In this document: in pieces, positions 47,577 through 57,400 of the stretch
How positions within the stretch are numbered: the first letter of the stretch is position 1
Layout: every line of letters starts with the position of its first letter
Assembly (NCBI GenBank): GCA_035697515.1
Contig: DASSCS010000134.1
Span: 15,286-79,285, forward strand
Length of the DNA: 64,000 nucleotides
Origin: Acidimicrobiales bacterium
Lineage (GTDB): Bacteria; Actinomycetota; Acidimicrobiia; Acidimicrobiales; VFJN01
Reading direction: 5' to 3'
Translations under genes and position numbers: made by a program
Notes under the pieces: model-generated
What the model saw: the letters and a program-made list of their open reading frames with translations, nothing else
The model's database searches: none
Told to the model about the DNA's origin: nothing

Positions 47577-48932
47577 TCAGAGCCCGAGGCGGGGGCGCAG
47601 GTGTTCGACCAGGCCCTCGATGGGAACCCGGTCCTGCGCCATCGAGTCGCGGTCGCGCACCGTCACCGCCCGGTCGTCGAGCGTGTCGAAGTCGACCGTC
47701 ACGCAGAACGGCGTGCCCAGCTCGTCCTGCCGGCGGTAACGGCGGCCGATGGCCTGGGTCTCGTCGTAGTCGCACATGACGTGGGGCTGGAGCAGGCCCA
47801 GCACCTCGAGGGCCGGCCCCTGCAGCTCGGGCTTCTTCGACAGGGGCAGTACCGCCACCTTGTAGGGGGCGATGCGGGGGTGCAGGCGGAGGACCGTGCG
47901 CACCTCGCCCTTGCCCTGGCCCTCGCGGGCCACCTCCTCCTCGTCGTAGGCCGCCAGCAGGAACGCCATGGCCGTGCGGGTGGCGCCCGCGGCCGGCTCG
48001 ACCACATGTGGGATGTAGCGCTCGCCTGTCGCCTGGTCGAAGTAGTCGAGCTTCTCGCCCGAGTGGTCGGCGTGCTGGGTGAGGTCGAAGTCGCCCCGGT
48101 TGGCGATGCCCTCGAGCTCGTCCCAGCCCCACGGGAACAGGAACTCGACGTCGCTCGTGGCCGACGAGTAGTGCGACAGCTCGTCCTCGTCGTGCGCCCG
48201 GAGCCGCAGCTCGCCGGTGGGGATGCCGTGGTCGACGTACCAGCTCAGGCGCTCGGCGCACCAGTACTCGTACCACTTGGCGCTGTCGGCCGGAGGCACG
48301 AAGAACTCCATCTCCATCTGCTCGAACTCGCGGGTGCGGAAGACGAAGTTGCCGGTGGTGATCTCGTTGCGGAACGACTTGCCCACCTGGGCGATGCCGA
48401 ACGGCGGGCGCCTGCGCGAGGTCTCGAGCACGTTGCGGAAGTTGACGAACATGCCCTGCGCAGTCTCGGGGCGCAGGTAGACCTCGGCGCCCGCGCCCTC
48501 GACCGGGCCGGCGTACGTCTTGAACATGAGGTTGAAGTGGCGGGCCTCGGTGAAGCTGTGTTCGGCCTTGCAGTTGGGGCACACGTCGGGATCGTCGAGG
48601 TGGTCGAGGCGGAAGCGCTCGCGGCACTGGCGGCAGTCGACCAGCGGGTCGGTGAAGTTCTTGAGGTGGCCCGACGCCTCCCAGATGGCGGGGGGCGACA
48701 GGATCGCGGCGTCGAGGCCGACCACGTCGTGGCGGAGCTGCACCATCGACCGCCACCAGGCGTCCTTGACGTTGCGCAGCAGCAGCACGCCCACCGGGCC
48801 GTAGTCGTAGGTCGAGCGGAAGCCCCCGTAGATCTCGGCCGAGGGGAACACGAAACCCCGTCGCTTGCACAGGTTGACGACCTTGTCGAACAGCGCGGGA
48901 TCGGGAGCAGCGGTGCTAGGGGCCTCGGACAT
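47577..48932 (-). CDS. glyQS: Glycine--tRNA ligase (alpha2 type)
   Basis: KRRGFVFPSAEIYGG, YLRPETAQG, GKSFRNEIT, RTREFEQME, GRRYRRQDELGTP. Confidence 0.97.
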   Translation of the reverse strand: MSEAPSTAAPDPALFDKVVNLCKRRGFVFPSAEIYGGFRSTYDYGPVGVLLLRNVKDAWWRSMVQLRHDVVGLDAAILSPPAIWEASGHLKNFTDPLVDCRQCRERFRLDHLDDPDVCPNCKAEHSFTEARHFNLMFKTYAGPVEGAGAEVYLRPETAQGMFVNFRNVLETSRRRPPFGIAQVGKSFRNEITTGNFVFRTREFEQMEMEFFVPPADSAKWYEYWCAERLSWYVDHGIPTGELRLRAHDEDELSHYSSATSDVEFLFPWGWDELEGIANRGDFDLTQHADHSGEKLDYFDQATGERYIPHVVEPAAGATRTAMAFLLAAYDEEEVAREGQGKGEVRTVLRLHPRIAPYKVAVLPLSKKPELQGPALEVLGLLQPHVMCDYDETQAIGRRYRRQDELGTPFCVTVDFDTLDDRAVTVRDRDSMAQDRVPIEGLVEHLRPRLGL

Positions 48933-49029
48933 GGCGGCCCAGTGTACGGACCGTGGTGGGCGGCCCCGAACGCGTTCGGCCCCGCCATCGTGCACGACCG
49001 CCCCTGGCCACGGTGCTAGAACGAGCGGC

Positions 49030-50523
49030 GTGAGCGCCTACCAGTACCCGGCGATGCCGCCCGCCTACGCAGGCGCGCCGTCCGACCCCACCGCCGTGAT
49101 GGGTCGCCGAATCGGCGCCTGGATCATCGACTTCCTCCTCTGGCTGCTGCTCGGGGCGTTCCTCGGGCCCACCCCGCTCAGCCCCTTCGCCGAGTACGTC
49201 GACACCAACGACTTCCCCAGCGTCGAATGCGACGACATCGAGCGGGTCAACGACCTGTCGGCCTGCACCGAGATCGGCGACCGGCTCTACTTCGTCGAGG
49301 GTGGCGAGGCGGGCATCGCGTTCGTGGTGGCGTGGATCATCGCACCGCTCGCCTACGCGGCGGTCCAGGGTGCCACGGGGCGTAGCCCCGGGAAGGCGCT
49401 GTTCGGGGTCAGGGCGGTGGACGAGTTCGGGAACCCGCCGGGCTTCGGAAAGTCGCTGGTGCGCACCCTGCTGTGGGTCGTCGACGGCATCCCCTGCATC
49501 ATCCCCCTCGTGGGCTTCGTCACCGGCCTCACCAGCAACGGCCACCGGCGGGTCGGCGACATGGCGGCGAAGACCTTCGTGGTGGGCAAGGACCACAGCG
49601 GGCCCGTGATCGTGGCCGGCCTGGCCACCGCCGCCACCCAGGGCTACCCCGGCGCGGGGTACGGCGCGCCCGTCCAGCAGTGGGGTGCACCGCCCCCTGG
49701 CCCGCCAGGCGCGCCCGGCCAGCCGCAGCCCTGGGGCGCGCCTCCCGCCGGGGCCCCGGGCGGCCCGCCCAGCGGCAGCTGGGACCAGCCGTCCGGTGGA
49801 TTCCCGGTGCCCGGTGCTGCGCCCTCGGGCGTTCCCGGAGGCCCGGGTGGCCCGCCCGGCGCCGGCCCATCCGACCGCGCCGCTCCGCCCAGCGGGTGGG
49901 CGCCACCCGGCGTCACGCCCGCGCCCGGCACGTCGGGGGGACCGGGCGTGCCGCCGCCGACCAGCCGGCCGGGCGGCCCCTCGCCCGCGCCGTCGACCAC
50001 CGACGAGCGGTCCGCTGCCGCGCCTGCCTCCGGCCGGGACACGACCGTGCCCGGCAGCGGCGCGGCCGGGTGGGGTGCCGCGCGCGAGGACGACGGCGGC
50101 GGCACCGACGAGGCGACCGAGCCGGGCGCTGGCGCGGCGCGCGCCGACACGACCCCGGGCACCGGGGTGACGACCGGCGCGGGCACCGCGTGGACCGCCG
50201 GCACCACCGCCTCCAGCACCACCCCGCCCGCCGACGCCACGCCTGGTCCCGACACCACCCCGTCCGCGGATGCCGGCGCGGCGGCGGAGGCCACGTCCGC
50301 CGAGACCGGCCCGGCCCCCTCGACGCCGGAGCCCGGCGGTGTCACGTCGGCAGCGGCCGGACCGTCCGACACCGACACGGCCGCGACGTCCACGCCACAG
50401 GCGGCTCCGAGCAGCTACAACCCCCAGTGGGACGCCGCCCGGGGCACGTACATCGTGTGGGAGCCCAACCGGGGCAAGTGGCTCGGCTGGGACGAGTCCG
50501 CCCAGGAGTGGAAGCCGCTCTGA
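49030..50523 (+). CDS. RDD family membrane protein with long Pro/Gly/Thr-rich linker and Trp-rich C-terminal mini-domain
   Basis: RRIGAWIID, QGATGRSPGKALFG, RTLLWVVD, RRVGDMAAKT. Confidence 0.85.
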   Translation: MSAYQYPAMPPAYAGAPSDPTAVMGRRIGAWIIDFLLWLLLGAFLGPTPLSPFAEYVDTNDFPSVECDDIERVNDLSACTEIGDRLYFVEGGEAGIAFVVAWIIAPLAYAAVQGATGRSPGKALFGVRAVDEFGNPPGFGKSLVRTLLWVVDGIPCIIPLVGFVTGLTSNGHRRVGDMAAKTFVVGKDHSGPVIVAGLATAATQGYPGAGYGAPVQQWGAPPPGPPGAPGQPQPWGAPPAGAPGGPPSGSWDQPSGGFPVPGAAPSGVPGGPGGPPGAGPSDRAAPPSGWAPPGVTPAPGTSGGPGVPPPTSRPGGPSPAPSTTDERSAAAPASGRDTTVPGSGAAGWGAAREDDGGGTDEATEPGAGAARADTTPGTGVTTGAGTAWTAGTTASSTTPPADATPGPDTTPSADAGAAAEATSAETGPAPSTPEPGGVTSAAAGPSDTDTAATSTPQAAPSSYNPQWDAARGTYIVWEPNRGKWLGWDESAQEWKPL

Positions 50524-50527
50524 CAGC

Positions 50528-50572
50528 GGGCGCCCGGCGTCGCGGCGCCCACCGGCGCCCCGCCGGGCACCC
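50528..50572. terminator. Hairpin between the convergent RDD and recO genes
   Basis: gggcgcccggcg / cgccgggcaccc arms (11/12). Confidence 0.5.
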
Positions 50573-50573
50573 C

Positions 50574-51293
50574 TCAGGCGCGATGCAGCGTGGTGACCGA
50601 GCGCAGGCGGCGCTCGATGTGCTGCTCGAAGGCCCGCACGACCAGATGGTCGACCTCCGACACCACCGTGGGACGCGTCTCGTTCAGCGCGCTGCCCAGG
50701 CGCCCACCGAGCATGTCCTGCAGCACCTCGACCGCATCGGGGCTCAGCGCCGGGCCCTGGCGGTGCGCGGCACAGCGCAGGCCCCCCTCCTCCAGGGCCC
50801 ACGCCACCAGGGGCCCCTCGCTGCCGCAGGCCACGCACGACTCCACCTGCGGCCGGACGCCCTCCAGCGCCAGCGCCTTGAGCAGGAAGCCCGGCACCAC
50901 CAGCGGGGCGTCCCGCTGCGCCAGCGTGCCCAGCGCGCCGGCCAGCAGGTCGTACAGCTGCGGGTTCGGCTCCCGCTCGAGGGCGAGCTGGTCGGCCGCC
51001 TCGAGCATCGACACCGCCCGGCCCAGGCGGTCGAGGTCGTCGCGCAGCCTGCGGAAATGGTCGACCGTCTCGGCCTGCGAGACGATGTCGAGCTCACCGC
51101 GCCCTTCGTAGAGCAGCAGGTCGACATGGCTGGCCGGCTCCAGGCGCCCGCCGAAGCGGCTCTTGGTCTTGCGGACCCCCTTGGCAACCGCCCGCACCTT
51201 GCCGTGCCCCCGCGTCAGGAACACGACGATGCGGTCGGCCTCGCCCAGCTTGTACGTGCGCAGCACCACTCCACGGTCGCGGTACAGCGGCAT
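50574..51293 (-). CDS. recO: DNA repair protein RecO
   Basis: GVVLRTYKLGEADRIV, KVRAVAKGVRK..SRFGGRLEP, CVAC zinc-finger half. Confidence 0.95.
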   Translation of the reverse strand: MPLYRDRGVVLRTYKLGEADRIVVFLTRGHGKVRAVAKGVRKTKSRFGGRLEPASHVDLLLYEGRGELDIVSQAETVDHFRRLRDDLDRLGRAVSMLEAADQLALEREPNPQLYDLLAGALGTLAQRDAPLVVPGFLLKALALEGVRPQVESCVACGSEGPLVAWALEEGGLRCAAHRQGPALSPDAVEVLQDMLGGRLGSALNETRPTVVSEVDHLVVRAFEQHIERRLRSVTTLHRA

Positions 51294-51300
51294 GCGGCCC

Positions 51301-52032
51301 TCATCCCGTCCCGCGCGCCTGCACGCCGCCGAAGCGGCGGTCGCGGCCCTGGAACTCGCGCACCGCGTCGAAGAGGTGCTCGCGGCGGAAGTCGGGCCAC
51401 AGCGTCTCGGTGAACACCAGCTCGCTGTAGGCCAGCTCCCAGAGCAGGAAGTTCGAGATGCGGTACTCGCCCGACGTGCGCACGACCAGGTCGGGATCGG
51501 GCATCTCGGGGTCGTAGAGGTGCTGGCGCAGGCGCTTCTCGGTGATCCTGTCGGGGGGCGTGCCCTCGGCGACCATCGCCCGGACCGCGTCGATGATCTC
51601 GGCCCGGCCGCCGTAGTTGAACGCCATCGTCAGGGTCATGCGCCGGTTGTGGCGGGTCAGCTCGACCGCCTCGTCGATGCGGCGGAGCACCCGGCGCGGC
51701 ACCCGCCAGTCGCGCCGCCCGATCGACCGCACCCGCACGCCCTTCTCGTGCAGTTCGTCACGCCGGCGGATGAGCAGCGACTCGTTGAATCCCATCAGGT
51801 AGCGCACCTCGTCGGCCGGGCGCCGCCAGTTCTCGGTCGAGAAGGCGTAGACGGTCAGCCAGTCGATGCCCAGGTCGAGCGCGCCCTCGACGGTGTCGAG
51901 CAACGCCGCCTCGCCCGCCGCGTGCCCGTCGGTGCGGGGCAGGCCCCGGCGCTCGGCCCACCGCCCGTTGCCGTCCATGACGCAGGCGATGTGGGCGGGG
52001 ATGCGCTCGGGGTCGATGCCGTCGGGGATCAC
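51301..52032 (-). CDS. uppS: Cis-isoprenyl transferase (undecaprenyl/decaprenyl diphosphate synthase)
   Basis: HIACVMDGNGRWA, YAFSTENWRR, FNYGGR, RTSGEYRISNFLLWELAYSE. Confidence 0.95.
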   Translation of the reverse strand: MIPDGIDPERIPAHIACVMDGNGRWAERRGLPRTDGHAAGEAALLDTVEGALDLGIDWLTVYAFSTENWRRPADEVRYLMGFNESLLIRRRDELHEKGVRVRSIGRRDWRVPRRVLRRIDEAVELTRHNRRMTLTMAFNYGGRAEIIDAVRAMVAEGTPPDRITEKRLRQHLYDPEMPDPDLVVRTSGEYRISNFLLWELAYSELVFTETLWPDFRREHLFDAVREFQGRDRRFGGVQARGTG

Positions 52033-52110
52033 CTGGGCAAACTACCCGGTACCGGGTACTGGGTAGGTGTGCCGCCAGCCCCCGACAGCCGCCGCGACGA
52101 GGAGCGGTCC

Positions 52111-53103
52111 GTGATCGACCGGATCACCGACCGGCTGGGCTGGCTGCGCACGCCGCTGGCCGTGCACCGGCGGGTGGGCGACGTGGGCGGTGGGCCGCTG
52201 GCGTCGTCGATCACCCTGGCCAGCTTCCTGTCGCTCTTCCCGCTGCTGCTGGTCGGCGTGGCCGTCGTGGGCTTCCTGTCCGCGAACGACACCGACTTCG
52301 CCGCCCGGGCGGTCGATCGGCTCGGGCTCACGGGGAGCGCCGCCGACCTGGTGCTCGAGGCCATCGGCAACGCCGAGTCGAGCCGCAGGACCGCATCGGT
52401 CCTGGGGTTCGCCGGGCTGGTGTGGGCGGGCCTCGGCGTGCTCGGCACCCTGGCCCAGGCCTTCGACGCCATCTGGCAGGTGAAGGGCCGCCCCGGCTGG
52501 CGGGCGAGGCTCGTGTCGCTGGCCTGGCTGGCCGGCGCGGGGACGCTGTACCTCGGCTCGCTGGCGCTGGGCCCGACGGCGGCGACGCTGTCGGGGCCCG
52601 CCGCCGTGCCGACCGTGCTGCTGGGCCTGGCCGTGCACGTGGTGCTGTTCGTCTGGATGTTCCGGGTCCTCACCAACGTCACCGTCCCGTGGACCGACCA
52701 CCTACCCGGGGCGATCGCCGGCGGCCTTGGGCTGGGCGTGCTCCAGCTGGCCAGCGGCATCTACCTCCCCCGGGCGGCCAGCTCGTGGTCGGCGCTCTAC
52801 GGGTCGCTCGGCGTGGTGTTCGCCCTCCTCGCGTGGCTGGCGATCGCGGCGCGGCTGGTGGTCTACGCCGCGGCCTTCAACGTCGTGCGCCACGAGCAGC
52901 GCCACGGCACCGTGACGGTCGGCATCGAGGTGCCGCGGATCGAGGGTGAGGTCCCGCTCGAGGTCACCCGCGGCGGCGCCGTGTCCGAGACGGAGGCGGG
53001 CGCGGGCCACCGCGATCAGCAGATCTCGTCCGACCCGAAGATGAGGCCGCTGGAGCCGCCCCGTACCTCGGTGACCGTCGACCCGTCGTGGAGGAAGGCG
53101 TAG
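52111..53103 (+). CDS. YihY / virulence factor BrkB family membrane protein
   Basis: SFLSLFPLLL, AFDAIWQV, SALYGSLG..ALLAWL; alternative start at 52069. Confidence 0.88.
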   Translation: MIDRITDRLGWLRTPLAVHRRVGDVGGGPLASSITLASFLSLFPLLLVGVAVVGFLSANDTDFAARAVDRLGLTGSAADLVLEAIGNAESSRRTASVLGFAGLVWAGLGVLGTLAQAFDAIWQVKGRPGWRARLVSLAWLAGAGTLYLGSLALGPTAATLSGPAAVPTVLLGLAVHVVLFVWMFRVLTNVTVPWTDHLPGAIAGGLGLGVLQLASGIYLPRAASSWSALYGSLGVVFALLAWLAIAARLVVYAAAFNVVRHEQRHGTVTVGIEVPRIEGEVPLEVTRGGAVSETEAGAGHRDQQISSDPKMRPLEPPRTSVTVDPSWRKA

Positions 53104-53830
53104 CCGCTCAATCTGTCCGGGGACTCGTAGAGCAGGAGCTCGCCGCCGCTCGAGACGCCGAAGGTCTGGTCGGGCTCGCCGTAGAACCGGCTCACGTCAC
53201 CGACAGGGCTGCCGACGTCGATGCCCTCCGGCGTCGGGCGCCCGCTGACGAAGCTCACGGTGAAGTTCTTCGGGTCGGTCTCGTCCTCGCTGAGCGGCCC
53301 GAGCTCGACGCCCAGGCGGTCGATGCCAGGGAAGGTGGCGCGCCAGCAGTCGAAGCCCTGCGTGCCGTACTCCTCCACGACGCCCTGGACGCCGAGCGCC
53401 TCCTCCACGTCGCGCAGGGTCATCGCCACCTGGATGGGGCCGATGCCGGTCATCGTCAGGGGGGTGTCGGGGCCGATCGTCCCGGTCGGCGGCGCGCCGT
53501 CGTCCGGGGCGGGCACGGCTGTCGACGCCGTCGTCCCCGTCGACCGGGTCGACGGCCGCGGCGCCGTGCCCGTGTCCTTGGGGGCGCCGTCGTGCCCGGC
53601 GGCTGCAGCTCGAACTGGTCGCCACCGTCGTCGACCGGGCGCAGCGCCAGGCTGGCAGCAACGGCGACCACGACCACCAGCGACGCCACCGCGCCGACGA
53701 GGGCCAGGCGGCGGCTGCGCTCGCGCTGGCGGGCGCGGCGGAGGGCGCGCTCGGGAAGGTCGGGCGCGGGGACGAAGGCGTCCGACCGGTCGGCGACGGC
53801 CTCGCGCAGGCGGGTCTCGATGTCAACCAT
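53016..53830 (-). pseudogene. Anti-sigma-like membrane protein split by an apparent 1-nt frameshift near 53581-53585
   Basis: N-part (53830: IETRLREA..., TM) and C-part (Thr/Pro linker plus GIGPI...TPEGIDVGS...YG...EIC) join if the C5 run were C6; start overlaps the sigma stop. Confidence 0.65.
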
Positions 53831-54353
53831 CGATCGACCCCACCGCGGTGCGCAGCGTCGCCAGGCCGCGCGACAGCCGGGACTTCACCGTGCCGACCGG
53901 GATGCCGACCATGTCGGCCACCTGCTGCTCGGACAGGTCCTCCACCACGCGGAGCACCACCACGACCCGCTGATCGTACGGGAGCGTGGCCAGCGCCTCC
54001 CACAGCGCGGCGCGATCGGCCACCCGGGACTCGAACTGGCCGTCGACGGGCGGGGGCGGCGGGCGATCGGCCTCGCGCCGCACGACCCGCAGCCGCCGGC
54101 TGCGGCCGTAGACCTCGTGCACGATCGTCCGGCGGATGTAGGGCACCAGGTCGTCGACCTGGCCCTTCCGCCACCGGGGCCAGACCTTGGCGACGGCCTC
54201 GGCCACCATGTCCTCGGCCGTCGGCCCGTCGCCGCACAGCACGTAGGCGTGGCGGGCGAGGTCGCGGTGCCACAGCGCCACCGTGTCGGAGAACTCCCGC
54301 TCGCGTGTCCGCACCGCCGTGACGACCCCTCGCCGGGGGGCCCCACCGACCAC
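53823..54353 (-). CDS. ECF sigma factor, SigE-family
   Basis: LARHAYVLCGD...AEDMVAEA, WPRW, YIRRTIV, LATLPYDQRVVVVLR..EDLSEQQVA...GTVKSRLSRG; start uncertain (54353 or 54314). Confidence 0.92.
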   Translation of the reverse strand: MVGGAPRRGVVTAVRTREREFSDTVALWHRDLARHAYVLCGDGPTAEDMVAEAVAKVWPRWRKGQVDDLVPYIRRTIVHEVYGRSRRLRVVRREADRPPPPPVDGQFESRVADRAALWEALATLPYDQRVVVVLRVVEDLSEQQVADMVGIPVGTVKSRLSRGLATLRTAVGSIDG

Positions 54354-54457
54354 ACCTCCGCCGAGACACCGGCCATCACCCCATCTGATGCACGGGCCCC
54401 ACCGGGGGTTCCCGTGGTCGCCCGAAAGTGTCTCACCCCGTGCCTACCCTGGCAGTC

Positions 54458-57400
54458 GTGCCCTTCCAGGTCGCGACCACCGCCTACGGACGCCCGGCGC
54501 TCGCCGCACTGCGCGACGCGGTCGCGGCCGCCAAGGGCGGCGACCCGCTGGCGCCGGTCACGGTGGTGGTGGCCAGCAACCACGTCGGCGTCACCGCCCG
54601 TCGCCTGCTGGCCGCCGGCGCGCTGGGCCCGGTCACGCCGGGACAGGTCGGGGTCGCCGCGGTCGGCTTCGTCACCGCCTACCGGCTCGCCGAGCTGCTG
54701 GGGTCGGCGGCGCTCGCGGCCGCCGGGCGGCGGCCGGTGTCGACGCCGGTCGTGGCGGCCGCACTGCGGCGGGCGCTCGACGAGCGGCCCGGCATCTTCG
54801 CCCCGGTCGCGGCCCACCCGGCGACCGAGCAGGCGCTGGTGGCCGCGTACACCGAGCTGTCCGACGTGTCCGAGGACGGGTGGGCGGCGCTGGCCGCCGG
54901 CGGCCGGCGGCCGCGCGACGTGGTCCGCATCTGCCGTCGGGCACGCGAGCTGCTGGCGCCCGACTGGTACGACGAGGCCGACCTCACCGCCTCGGCCATC
55001 GCCCAGGTCGACGCGGGCACCCAGGCGGGGGCGGGCGCGGGGGCCGGCGGCCTGGCCGCCGAGCTGGGTCACGTGGTCGTCCACCTGCCGCAGGACCTGC
55101 TCCAGCGCCAGGCCGGGCTGCTGGCGGCGCTGGCCCGGCGGGTGCCGGCCACGGTGATCGTGGGCGTGACCGGGCGGTGGGGGGCCGACGCGGGCGTGGC
55201 CCGCTCGCTGGCGCGGCTGGGCGTCGAGCCGCCGCCTGGCCTGGCGACCGCGGAAGCGGGGGCGGCGCCGGCCGCGACCCCCACTCCCCTGCCTCCGCCA
55301 CCACCGCTGCCCGTGTCGGTCGAGTCGACCCGCATCGTCACAGCCTCCGACGCCGACGACGAGGTGCGGGCCGCGGTGCGGGCCGTCGTCGACGCGGCCC
55401 GCGACGGCGCCCCCCTCGACCGCATCGCCATCCTGTTCGGCTCGGCCGTCCCCTACGGGCGTCTCGTGCACGAGCACCTGGCCGCGGCCGGCATCGCGCG
55501 CAACGGCGCCGCGGTGCGTCCGCTGGCGGCCAGCGCCCTCGGGCGCACCCTGCTCGACGTGCTGGCCCTGGCCGACCACGACTTCCGGCGAGCCGACGTC
55601 ATGGGGCTGCTGGCCCGCGCCGCCGAGGGCTCGGCCGACGCGCCCACCGCCGCGTGGGAGCGCATCACCCGCCAGGCGGGGGTGGTGGCGGGCCGCTCCG
55701 ACTGGGACAACCTGCTCGACCGGGCCGCCCACCAGTCCGAGGTGCAGGCCGCCAAGCTCGGCGACAGCGCCGACGACCGCGACCTGGCCGCCGCCCGCTT
55801 CCCCCGCCTCCAGGCCGAGCGGGCGCGGCGCCTGCGCGAGCTCGTGCTCGCGCTGGTCGACGGGGTGGCCGCGGCCCAGGCCCGGCCGGCGCCGTGGGCC
55901 GAGCGGGTGGCGTGGCTGCGCGCCCTCGTCACCCTGGTCGCGGGCGGCGACGTCGCGCGCCGCGCCTGGCCGGCCGACGAGGTGCGGGCGGCCGACAAGG
56001 TCGACGCCGCGCTCGACCGGCTGGCCACCCTCGACGCCGTCGACGGCCCCGCTCCGCTCGCGGTGTTCCGCCGCACGCTCGAGGTCGAGCTCGACGCCGA
56101 CCTCGGCCGCGTGGGCCGCTTCGGCGAGGGCGTGCTGGTGGGCCCGCTGTCGTTCGCGGTCGGGCTCGACCTCGACCTGGTCATCGTCGTCGGCATGGCC
56201 GAGGGCACGTTGCCCGCCCCGGTGCACGACGACGCGCTGCTCACCGACGCGGATCGCGGCCGTGCCCTCGGCCAGCTCGACCTGCGCCGCCAGCGCGTGG
56301 GCCGCGACCACCGCCGGGTGCTGGCCGCGCTGGCCGCCGCCCGCCGGCAGGTGCTGTGCCTGCCGCGGGGCGACCTGCGGGCCAGCAGCGCCCGTGTGCC
56401 CTCGCGCTGGCTGGCCGAGGTGGCCAGCCAGCTCGCGGGCGAGCGGGTCCCCACCGATGCCATCGTCGGCTTCCGGGCGCCGTGGCTCGAGGACGTCCCC
56501 TCGTTCGCCCACGCCGTGCGCCACCGGCCCTTTCCCGCCACGGGCCAGGAGTACCGGCTGCGTGCGGGCGCCCGTGGTGCGCCCGATGACCGCACCGAGC
56601 AGGGCGCGGCGGTCATCCGGGCCCGGCGGAGCCCGGTCTTCACCCGCTTCGACGGCAACCTCGCCGGTGTGGGCGTGCCGTCTCCGCACGACTCGGTCGT
56701 GTCGTCCACCCGGCTCGAGGGCTGGGCCAAGTGCCCCTTCGCCTACTTCGCCGAGCGGCTGCTCGAGGTGGCCCCGGTCGAGGACCCGGCCCAGCAACTC
56801 GAGATGTCGGCGCTGGTCCGGGGCAGCCTGGTGCACGAGGTGCTCGAGCAGTTCATCACGGAGGTGGTGGCCCGGCCACCCGAGCGTCAACCTGGCCCCG
56901 ACCAGCTGTGGTCGGCCGACGATCACGCCCTGATCCGCCGCATAGCGCAGCAGCTCTGCGACGACTACGAGGGGCGGGGGCTGACCGGCCGGCCGGTGTT
57001 CTGGCGCCGCGACCGGGCCCAGATCGTGGCGCTCGCCGACCGGTTCCTGTTCGACGACGACGCCAAGCGGCGGGCGGCCCGCAGCCGGCCGCTCGCGGCC
57101 GAGCACACCTTCGGGTTCGGCGACGGCGCGCCGCCCGTGGAGATCACGCTCGACGACGGGCGGGTGCTGCGGTTCCGCGGCTCCGCCGACCGCATCGACG
57201 TCACCGACGACGGCGGGCTGGTGGTGCTCGACTACAAGACGGGCCGGGCTGACGACTACCGCCGGCTGAGCGCCGAGAACCCCGACGACGGCGGCACGCG
57301 GCTGCAACTGGTGGTGTACGCCCAGGCGGCGCGGGCCTTCGCCGGCCGGCCCGACGCCCCCGTCACCTCCGAGTACTGGTTCGTGTCCGATCGGGGCGGC

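Noticed and set aside
49680-50400. GC-rich quasi-repeats in the RDD linker as a CRISPR or satellite array
   Set aside because: No constant repeat-spacer period; explained by Pro/Gly/Thr low-complexity coding.
50760-50840. RecO zinc finger ending CxxH instead of CxxC
   Set aside because: A His ligand still permits Zn binding and RecO fingers vary; not clearly unusual.
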